A stretch of DNA of 63,405 nucleotides from a virus (taxonomy: Duplodnaviria; Caudoviricetes), in the IMG/VR virus record IMGVR_UViG_3300032893_000043, positions 1-63,405 of that record. One strand, given 5' to 3'. A program made the position numbers and the translations under genes. The notes beneath the pieces were generated by a model. That model worked only from the letters and a program-made list of their open reading frames with translations. It searched no databases and was not told the DNA's origin. Below, piece by piece: positions 55,980 through 63,405 of the stretch (position 1 is its first letter; every line of letters begins with the position of its first letter).

Positions 55980-58898
55980 ATGTCAGGCTGGTCCCGCGCA
56001 AAGCGCCTCAAGGTCGAGGCCGCGTTCTACAAATATTTGGATACGTGCTTCGTTAATTCGAAGGACGCCGGGCGTATCTGCCTCGGCAAAAATCTTTACC
56101 AAGGTCAGCGCGACTGTATCACCGGCATTTTCGACGCGCTCGAAGCCGGCATCCATAACATCTACATCCTGAAATCCCGCCAGCTCGGCATCTCGACCAT
56201 CATCCGCGCGCTGTCCATCTTCTGGCTCGGTGTTCACCAGGGTCTCAAAGGCGCTCTTGTATTTGACACCGCGCCGCACAAAGAGTCGGCGCGTAAAGAA
56301 CTCGTGGTAATGCTGCAGAATCTGCCCGCGAGTTTGAAATTCCCAAAGGTCAAGGGTACAGGGGCAGGCAATCGCGACAGCCTCGAACTGGTCAACGAGT
56401 CGTCGATGATCTTCATGTCGGCGGGCGTGAAGAAAAGCAAGTCGTCGGGCACTCTCGGCCGATCCGAAGGTCTGACAATGGCGCACCTGTCGGAATTGTG
56501 CTCCTACGACAATGACGAAGGTTTGAAGTCGTTCGAGCAGTCGCTGTCCGAAATTCATCCTGATCGGCTTTACATCTACGAGTCCACGGCTCGGGGATTC
56601 AATAGTTGGTACGTACTTTGGCGCCGCGCTAAAAAGGACGAGGCGCATTGCAAGTGCATCTTTCTCGGCTGGTGGTCGAAGCCGTCGCAGACAATCCAGC
56701 GCGACGAACTGGATTTCCAGACTTACGGCATCGCGCCGCCGACCGACAAGGAAATCGAAAAAATTAAAGCCGTCAGGGAACAGTATGGTCACGAGATCAC
56801 GCCGGAACAACTCGCTTGGGTTCGTCGAAAGTTTGATCCTAACTACAGCGATGAGGAAGACGCTGATGATGCAGACGGCGAAGACGATTCGGTTATGCTC
56901 GCCGAACAGGCGTGGACTGAAGAAGAAGCGTTCCAGCAAACGGGAGCGGTCTTTTTTGGATCGAAACAGCTCACCGATCAGACCAATGCTCACGTCAAGC
57001 ATAAAGCCAAGACCTACATGTATATCGCTGGCGACGATTTCACTGCTATGCGGGTATACCCTGCTCAGAACATGCGTTCGGTTGAGCTCAAGGTTTGGGA
57101 GGAGCCCGAGATTGGTGCGCAATACGTTATGGGCATCGACCCGGCTTTTGGCGAAAACGAGAACAACGATCGATCCTCGATCGAGATATGCCGGTGCTAC
57201 GCTGACGGGCTTGATCAGGTTGCAGAGTATGCTTGGCCGTTGATCACGACGCGTCAATTCGCGTGGGTGATTGCCAGTCTTCTTGGTTGGTATGGCCAAG
57301 GCGCCGAGATTAGCTACATCCTTGAGATCAATGGCCCTGGATCCGCGGTGTTCAACGAACTCAAGTCGCTGAAATTCCAGATCGACAATGATCGCTCTGC
57401 ACGCCGCGATCTGGAAGAACGCGGGCTGCTCAACGTCTTCAAGAACGTCAAGACCTACATCTACACGCGCCCGGATGCGATGGGTGCGGGATCCAATTGG
57501 CATTGGGAATGCTTGGCATTGGATACAAAACTTCCGACGCCCACTGGATGGACTACGATCGGTGGAGTTAAAGCAGGCGATAGGCTTTTGGGAACGGACG
57601 GTAGTCCTTGCGTCGTACTTGGCGTCTCGCCGGTTCATATAAACCGCAACTGTTATAAGCTTGTGTTCGACGACGGTTCGGAGATCGTTGCGGATGAAAA
57701 CCATTTGTGGAATGTCACGTACCGTCCTTTTCATAACGAGGTAAAAACGCTTCGGACGAAAGAATTAATTGCCGATTTTCATAATGTGACGGTTGCCAGA
57801 GCTTTTGATTTACCCGAAGCAAGTCTTCCTATTGATCCTTATGTTCTTGGTGTTTGGCTTGGAGATGGGAACGCCGGATCAGCTTCCTATTTTTCGTCGG
57901 CTTCAGATATAGAATCGATGGCCGCTAATCTGAAAGCCTGTGGTTACGACCTGGGACCAGTGCGGACTGATCGGACTGTTTGCAGGCAACTTATAAAAGG
58001 ACTCTATGAGCAGTTGTCAGCCATCGGTCTTTTAAAAAATAAGCACATTCCAGAACCATATTTGCGAGCTTCTTATTCGCAACGACTCGCGTTGCTGCAA
58101 GGCTTGATGGACACGGACGGTAACGCGGGTAGCGGTCGAAATAGCCAACAATGTGGATTTTCGACATCTAACGAGCGTCTCAAAAATCAGTTTTGTGAAT
58201 TGCTTCGCTCTTTCGGGATAAAAGCAAAATATTGTCGGCGAGAAGCTAAATTGTTGCGAGCGGCTAATGGAAAGCAGTACACCAGTGAAGCTTGGTATCA
58301 ATTTTGGTTCACGGCTGATCCTGGTGTTCGTGTTTTTAGGCTAGAGCGCAAACAAGCTGCGATAGATTCTGTAAGTCGGAAATTTCGTCAGCGCCGCATG
58401 CACAAAATACTTTCGGTTGTGCCGGTTAAGTCCGTCCCGGTTAAGTGTTTGGAAGTAGATAGTCCTGATCGGATGTTTCTGGTCGGCGAAGGAATGGTCC
58501 CGACGCACAACACAAACGTCAAGCGCAAAATTCTGATCCTGGAGCGCATGCGGGATTTCGTCTCGACCGGCAAGCTTCATATTCGCTCTGCCTCGCTGAT
58601 CGAGGAAATGAAGACGGTTGCGCGCGAGGGCGACTCCATTGGTGCACCACAGAGCATGCGCGACGACCGCGTGATCTCCATGGCTTTGGCCGCCTATTAC
58701 TGGGACACCAAGATTAAGAACAACCTGATTACCCAGCGCCGGACGCGAGAGGCGGAAGCGGCCCGGAAGCGGGCTTCTATCGTCGATCAGGTCGCCTTGT
58801 TCAATCGCAATCATCTTGATATGTTCTTTAAACAGAAGCAGGCGGTGCGGGCGGTTGCGCATCGTACCCAGATGCGGAATGCCTGGAGGTATCGATGA
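55980..58898 (+). CDS. terL: Terminase large subunit containing an intein
   Basis: ILKSRQLGIST Walker A, ESTARG coupling motif, GIDPA and DDRV nuclease motifs. Confidence 0.9.
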   Translation: MSGWSRAKRLKVEAAFYKYLDTCFVNSKDAGRICLGKNLYQGQRDCITGIFDALEAGIHNIYILKSRQLGISTIIRALSIFWLGVHQGLKGALVFDTAPHKESARKELVVMLQNLPASLKFPKVKGTGAGNRDSLELVNESSMIFMSAGVKKSKSSGTLGRSEGLTMAHLSELCSYDNDEGLKSFEQSLSEIHPDRLYIYESTARGFNSWYVLWRRAKKDEAHCKCIFLGWWSKPSQTIQRDELDFQTYGIAPPTDKEIEKIKAVREQYGHEITPEQLAWVRRKFDPNYSDEEDADDADGEDDSVMLAEQAWTEEEAFQQTGAVFFGSKQLTDQTNAHVKHKAKTYMYIAGDDFTAMRVYPAQNMRSVELKVWEEPEIGAQYVMGIDPAFGENENNDRSSIEICRCYADGLDQVAEYAWPLITTRQFAWVIASLLGWYGQGAEISYILEINGPGSAVFNELKSLKFQIDNDRSARRDLEERGLLNVFKNVKTYIYTRPDAMGAGSNWHWECLALDTKLPTPTGWTTIGGVKAGDRLLGTDGSPCVVLGVSPVHINRNCYKLVFDDGSEIVADENHLWNVTYRPFHNEVKTLRTKELIADFHNVTVARAFDLPEASLPIDPYVLGVWLGDGNAGSASYFSSASDIESMAANLKACGYDLGPVRTDRTVCRQLIKGLYEQLSAIGLLKNKHIPEPYLRASYSQRLALLQGLMDTDGNAGSGRNSQQCGFSTSNERLKNQFCELLRSFGIKAKYCRREAKLLRAANGKQYTSEAWYQFWFTADPGVRVFRLERKQAAIDSVSRKFRQRRMHKILSVVPVKSVPVKCLEVDSPDRMFLVGEGMVPTHNTNVKRKILILERMRDFVSTGKLHIRSASLIEEMKTVAREGDSIGAPQSMRDDRVISMALAAYYWDTKIKNNLITQRRTREAEAARKRASIVDQVALFNRNHLDMFFKQKQAVRAVAHRTQMRNAWRYR
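57510..58511 (+). mobile_element. Intein with LAGLIDADG homing endonuclease (334 aa)
   Basis: CLALDT...ADENHLW...LGVWLGDG...LQGLMDTDG...VPTHN followed by Thr; lower GC than its flanks. Confidence 0.92.
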
Positions 58899-59407
58899 AG
58901 CTGCGCTGCACATATTGCCGAGGCGCTTTTCCGTGGCAGGCCGACCTCCCCTGGCCCAAGTCCTGCCCGCTTTGCGCCGAAGATATCAGCATTCCGGACC
59001 GCGGCGATGGCGGCGTGGTCATGCCGTTTATCCGCAGCGCCAAAATGGCGGCGACGGACAAGACTTACCGCGATATCGAGAAAGGCTCGGAAATCCGGGT
59101 TGAGAAGGCAGCCGAACTGACCGGCGCAACCAAAGAAGACATGGCCGGGCTCAAGATCACCAACATGCACGACAATATGCGCCACGGTGACATCGCCTCG
59201 ATGGAAACGAGCCAAGCGGATGCGGCAATGGCGCGTTTGCAGGCGAGCACCAAGACGCCGATAGGTTTTCAGGCCAACGGGGCGGAATTCAGTTCCGGGA
59301 TTTCGACAGGTGCCGTCGCGGTTAATGGCAAGATCGTGACTGGGATCGAGCCCAATGCCGGCGCTCGTGCTGCCCAGCGTGTCGCTCGCAAGATGCAGAA
59401 CTGGTAA
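58895..59407 (+). CDS. Zinc-ribbon protein
   Basis: CTYC..CPLC. Confidence 0.6.
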   Translation: MKLRCTYCRGAFPWQADLPWPKSCPLCAEDISIPDRGDGGVVMPFIRSAKMAATDKTYRDIEKGSEIRVEKAAELTGATKEDMAGLKITNMHDNMRHGDIASMETSQADAAMARLQASTKTPIGFQANGAEFSSGISTGAVAVNGKIVTGIEPNAGARAAQRVARKMQNW

Positions 59408-61129
59408 ATGATCACTGTCCCCACAGACAAACGCGATCTTTTGGCATTTGCCAACGAGCACATCGAGATGTGCCGGATCAGTGTGGGGATGCGAGCCGCT
59501 TATTGCCGTCTGATGAACGCCATTGCCGAGACCGGACGATACGACGGCACCAAAGCACTCATCAACATGCTGACGACGCATCTCAATCGGACGACGTCGC
59601 ATCTTTTCAGCCCGGTGGAGCTTAAATTTTCGATCGACTTCGAGCGCAGCTACCCAAAGAACTATCTGCAGCGCGCCGCGGTCGTCGCCAAAATCCTGAC
59701 GCGTTCGTGGGAGCGCACCAACATCGATCATGTCTTTGCGCTTGGCGTATTTCAGGCGCTGAAGTACGGCGCATGCCTGCTTAAGCAGTGGGTGCAAGTC
59801 GAAGGGCCGGATCAAATCCCGCACTATTACAAGAAGCTGGTGATGCCGTGGCAGTTCGGCGTCTATAATGAATCCGAGAACGAGATCGACCGGCAGCCGG
59901 CGATGGTTGAGACCACGACGATGACGTTGCCCGAAGTGTGGCGGCGTATCTATCATCTGCCAAACGCTAAAGACCTGTTCAACCGCGTGCGCGGCCATTC
60001 CATGCGCGGACAGGCGATGTCGGACCCCCAATCGTACTTTCATCAGGTGCTGTCGACATCGGCGTTGCAGACCGGTGTTCAGGGAGCGACGCGTCCGTTG
60101 CCGGGCGGCATCGTGCAGCTCAACAACGATCCGAATTATGCGATCATGGGACCACAGGTCGGCGCCGACGTGGTCAATGTGCATGAACTGTGGGTGCAGG
60201 ATGACGAGGACTACACGACGATCATCATGATCGAGCCGGATATCATCATCGCGCCGTTTGGCAAGAAGATGAATCTGACCGGCGTTGATGGATTGCAGCC
60301 ATACACGTTGATCCAGCCGAACGAAGTCGCAAATTGGTTCTGGGGCCGTTCTGAGTTGGTCGACCTGATCGAGCCGCAAGCTTTGCTGTCGTCGTGGTGC
60401 GACGACGCCAAGCGGTTGTTTGGATTGCAGGTCGACAAAATTCTGGCATTCACGGGTGATAACGGGATCGACGACGAGAAGTACGGCCAGTTCCGCGGCG
60501 CCGGCTTTGTCAATCTTCAGCAGGGCTCGGACGTCAAGGATCTTACGCCGAAAATACCGCCTGAGATGATGCCGATGATCAAGTTTGTCATCGAGCAAAT
60601 CAACTGGCTGTCGGGTTTCCCCGACATCATGCAGGGCAAGGGCGAACCGGGTGTGCGCGCTGATTCGCACGCCAACACCTTGATGAAGACCGCATCGCCG
60701 TACTTGCGTGACCGTGCTTTGCTCGTGGAACGCCAAGTTGCGACGGCGGCCGACAAGACGCTGTCGCTCAAGGAAGCCAAGGACGGCAGTAAATACTGGA
60801 CCGATGGCAGCACGATCAAGTCCATGGAAGAAACGTCGTTTTTGCTGACCGATCTGCCGGATGACTGGCGGGTCAGCGTCGACTCGCACTCGTCGAGCCC
60901 GATCTTCTCCGACGAGAACACGCAGCTCATTATGGCGGGGCGCAAGCTCGGCATCGTCACCGACGATTACGTCATGGATAACCTGCCGTTTCCGAACAAA
61001 GAGGAAGGCAAGGCTCAGAAGAAGGAGCAGGACGAGAAAAAGCAGGCAATGCTGCAAAAGCTCGTCCAGGAAAATCCCGATCTTGGCGACTGGCTTGCGA
61101 AGAAGCAGCTCGGCGGGCCGAAGCGTTAG
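59408..61129 (+). CDS. Portal protein
   Basis: 573 aa after TerL; ALKYG, FWGRS..DLI..Q and MQG..EPGVR motifs. Confidence 0.8.
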   Translation: MITVPTDKRDLLAFANEHIEMCRISVGMRAAYCRLMNAIAETGRYDGTKALINMLTTHLNRTTSHLFSPVELKFSIDFERSYPKNYLQRAAVVAKILTRSWERTNIDHVFALGVFQALKYGACLLKQWVQVEGPDQIPHYYKKLVMPWQFGVYNESENEIDRQPAMVETTTMTLPEVWRRIYHLPNAKDLFNRVRGHSMRGQAMSDPQSYFHQVLSTSALQTGVQGATRPLPGGIVQLNNDPNYAIMGPQVGADVVNVHELWVQDDEDYTTIIMIEPDIIIAPFGKKMNLTGVDGLQPYTLIQPNEVANWFWGRSELVDLIEPQALLSSWCDDAKRLFGLQVDKILAFTGDNGIDDEKYGQFRGAGFVNLQQGSDVKDLTPKIPPEMMPMIKFVIEQINWLSGFPDIMQGKGEPGVRADSHANTLMKTASPYLRDRALLVERQVATAADKTLSLKEAKDGSKYWTDGSTIKSMEETSFLLTDLPDDWRVSVDSHSSSPIFSDENTQLIMAGRKLGIVTDDYVMDNLPFPNKEEGKAQKKEQDEKKQAMLQKLVQENPDLGDWLAKKQLGGPKR

Positions 61130-61473
61130 CTGTTGAACCGGCCGTTCATTGCCGGGACGGGAGACAGAACCGCCGGCCCGCGCATTGCGGCGCGAATGAT
61201 CGGATCGGCTTCCGCGGCTTTCTGATACTCGGTCTGGGTGCGCTGCTGATGCAGTGAGCGCTCGATGTGCGCGCGCTTGGATAGATCGCAGTCCTCGATG
61301 ACGCGGCAGGCAATCTGTTCAGCTTTGAAAATTCCGATCTGTCCAAAATCGTCGGTGACAGTCACTTCGCCGGCAGCGTTTGCGTAAGCATTCCACGCAG
61401 CGTCGGCGCTTTCCTTGGTCTTGAATACGAACTGGAGCGCAACGGGAGCGCAAGCGATGGTGATGATGTGCAT
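61126..61473 (-). CDS. Hypothetical protein
   Basis: 115 aa, coupled to the upstream HTH gene. Confidence 0.55.
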   Translation of the reverse strand: MHIITIACAPVALQFVFKTKESADAAWNAYANAAGEVTVTDDFGQIGIFKAEQIACRVIEDCDLSKRAHIERSLHQQRTQTEYQKAAEADPIIRAAMRGPAVLSPVPAMNGRFNS

Positions 61474-61721
61474 CAGTTTTGTCCTTCGTTGAAAGTGTCG
61501 GCCCACTTCTTGAATTCGGTGATCGGAAGCCGGATGCAGTTGGGACCGAAACGTCGAACCGGCGGTGGAGGCCCGATAAGTTTGCAGGGTCGCTCTTTGT
61601 TTTGATCGGTGATCCATCCGTAGACGGTGGCGACGTGGACGTTGAGATATCGGGCGGCGTCTTTGACCGTCCAGTATCTCTTTTCGGCGCGCGATGTTTC
61701 GGGATTTGCTCGGGTTTTCAT
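61473..61721 (-). CDS. Excisionase/MerR-like HTH protein
   Basis: WTVKDAARYLNVHVATVYGWI. Confidence 0.8.
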   Translation of the reverse strand: MKTRANPETSRAEKRYWTVKDAARYLNVHVATVYGWITDQNKERPCKLIGPPPPVRRFGPNCIRLPITEFKKWADTFNEGQN

Positions 61722-61871
61722 CGCGGAGCATCTTATTCCATGTGCGACACTAAAAGCAATAGCCCAATAGAACGGCACTAATGTCCCAGAATAGAGGCTT
61801 GGGAAAGTATTGCGTGGCCGCCTCGAAATTCGTCGGCGCGGTGGACTTCAACCCAACCTGAGGAGAGTCGC

Positions 61872-61916
61872 ATGACTCGCTTTAAGCGCAAGGGTCACCG
61901 CAAGGGTCGTCGGTAA
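61872..61916 (+). CDS. 14-aa basic peptide MTRFKRKGHRKGRR
   Basis: Strong AGGAG RBS at the head of the capsid operon. Confidence 0.45.
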   Translation: MTRFKRKGHRKGRR

Positions 61917-61921
61917 TACCG

Positions 61922-62323
61922 ATGCCAGGTCCCACCCCGCCCGCAGCTGCTCCGCAAGGAGCGCAACCGCAGCAAGCCCCGTTTGGATCGAGCCCGGCGA
62001 CGGGTCCGACTCCAAACAAAGGCTATGAGGCGGCGGCGATGCAGCGGGTGGGGGTTCTTGTTAAAGCGATGGCCGAGATTTTGCCGACGATCGGCGCGAC
62101 GTCGGACATCGGCAAAACGCTGCTGGAATGCATGACGAAGCTTGCGAAGCACGTTCCGCCGGGCACGACCAGCAACGCCGCCGAGAAGAACGCCATTGAA
62201 AAAATGGCAATCCAGAATCAGCAGAACGGCGCCATGCAGCAACAGCTCAAGCAGCCGGGCGCGCAACAGCCGCCGGCCGCCATGCCGCCCAAGCCCCCGC
62301 AACAGATGCCGCAGGCCGCGTGA
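61922..62323 (+). CDS. Pro/Gln-rich head-module protein
   Basis: 133 aa. Confidence 0.6.
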   Translation: MPGPTPPAAAPQGAQPQQAPFGSSPATGPTPNKGYEAAAMQRVGVLVKAMAEILPTIGATSDIGKTLLECMTKLAKHVPPGTTSNAAEKNAIEKMAIQNQQNGAMQQQLKQPGAQQPPAAMPPKPPQQMPQAA

Positions 62324-62490
62324 TGAACGTTTTCAAGACCAAGGAATCCGACATCCCCGAGCAGAAGCCGGTCAAAGTTGCGCAGGGCATGGATGAGAAG
62401 TCCGTTAATTTCGCGCCCGGTCAGATGGGCGATTTCGGCGCGCGTTCGATCCAGCATGCCGAGCGCCCGCGCTACGGCCACAAGGTTTAA
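62323..62490 (+). CDS. Hypothetical protein
   Basis: 55 aa, TGATG coupling. Confidence 0.5.
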   Translation: MNVFKTKESDIPEQKPVKVAQGMDEKSVNFAPGQMGDFGARSIQHAERPRYGHKV

Positions 62491-62502
62491 AAGGAGTCAG
62501 TC

Positions 62503-62688
62503 ATGTCTAACGTGAACATCTTCCAGAACGCCGCAAAGACGGTGCCGACGAGCGACGAGCAGATCGTCCGCGTCGACATGGAGCAGATCGACATTCAGGG
62601 CCGCAAAAGTCATCTGCCGCAGACCATGAAGTCGGGCGCGCTCGGCATCAATCATGTGCCGAACGCCGGCTCAACGGTGGGAAAGTAA
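62503..62688 (+). CDS. Hypothetical head-module protein
   Basis: 61 aa with AGGAG RBS. Confidence 0.6.
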   Translation: MSNVNIFQNAAKTVPTSDEQIVRVDMEQIDIQGRKSHLPQTMKSGALGINHVPNAGSTVGK

Positions 62689-62691
62689 ACC

Positions 62692-63291
62692 ATGCCGGAA
62701 GTCAGCGAGCTTGAGCTTCAGCAGAACAGCAAGTTGAAGCAGACGTTCGAAACCTGGCTGAAGAACCCCAAGGCTCGCCGCAAGGTGCTTGAGGCGCAAA
62801 AGATCGTCGACCCCAAGGCCGACATCCCCGAGCTCGACGAGCCGGATCCGCTTGAAGCGATCAAGAAAGAATCCGACGAGAAGATCGCTGCGCTGCAAAA
62901 GCAGATCGAGGATGACAAGGCGGCCCGCGAGCGCGACGGCCGCTTGGCGCAGCTTCAGGCGCTCAAAGACAACGGCATCGCGAAGCTGCGCGAAAAGCGC
63001 TACACCGATGACGGCATCAAGGCTGTTGAGAAGATCATGGAGGAAAAAGGCATCCTCGATCCGCTCGACGCCGCCGCGATTTTCGAACGTGATCATCCGC
63101 CGCAGGCGCCGATCCAGCAAACCGGTACGGGTGGCTGGAATTTCGGCGAATTGCCGTCCGCAACCGACGACGCCGATGACAAGTACGTCGACAGTCTTCT
63201 GAAGGCCGGCAAGAACGGCCTTTCGGACGGCGCTCTTTCGCAACGAATCGCTCAGACGATCAACGAAGTCCGCGGCAACGCGCGACGCTAA
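62692..63291 (+). CDS. Scaffolding protein candidate
   Basis: 199 aa charged coiled coil immediately upstream of MCP. Confidence 0.6.
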   Translation: MPEVSELELQQNSKLKQTFETWLKNPKARRKVLEAQKIVDPKADIPELDEPDPLEAIKKESDEKIAALQKQIEDDKAARERDGRLAQLQALKDNGIAKLREKRYTDDGIKAVEKIMEEKGILDPLDAAAIFERDHPPQAPIQQTGTGGWNFGELPSATDDADDKYVDSLLKAGKNGLSDGALSQRIAQTINEVRGNARR

Positions 63292-63405
63292 CGTAGGAGG
63301 CTCTATTGCCACTTCCTGGTATCGGCGTCGCGCCGGCAGCCGGCGCACTCTACACCGAACTGGCGTCAGCGACGCGCCGCGCTTTTGTGCCGCGGCTCTT
63401 TGTGC
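63279..63405. repeat. Terminal direct repeat, copy 2
   Basis: Identical to 1..127. Confidence 0.95.

Overview
Apparently complete circular dsDNA phage genome of about 63,278 bp: the first 127 nt are repeated exactly at the end, which looks like an assembly overlap. The layout is podovirus-like. It has capsid, adaptors, nozzle, ejection proteins and fibres (1-19 kb), lysis genes (19.7-23 kb), a leftward replication arm with helicase, nuclease and PolA (23.7-37.4 kb), primase/VirE plus a probable origin, and early genes. A rightward accessory block follows (DNA methylase, glycosylation enzymes, serine recombinase), then an intein-containing terminase, portal and scaffold. The host is probably an alphaproteobacterium, inferred from a CtrA-like domain, CtrA-like boxes and Rhizobiales-type genes. 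Main result: at 42.7-44.9 kb a RAMP/Cas7-like gene is followed by a non-coding array of six tracts of 5-nt units (semi-conserved xG[A/C/T] triplet plus variable NN), then a partner gene fused to a CtrA-like winged helix. Reading only the NN dinucleotides as codon positions 1-2, three tracts spell conserved transposase motifs (IS1595 HRxLGVTYKTA; IS1 ExWxFV). This suggests a VIPR-like RNA-guided anti-transposon system with non-GGY repeats. The genome also carries an IS1595 remnant, a GTAGT-N7-ACTAC operator found five times, and two candidate structured RNAs. All family calls come from motif recognition by eye; no database searches were run.
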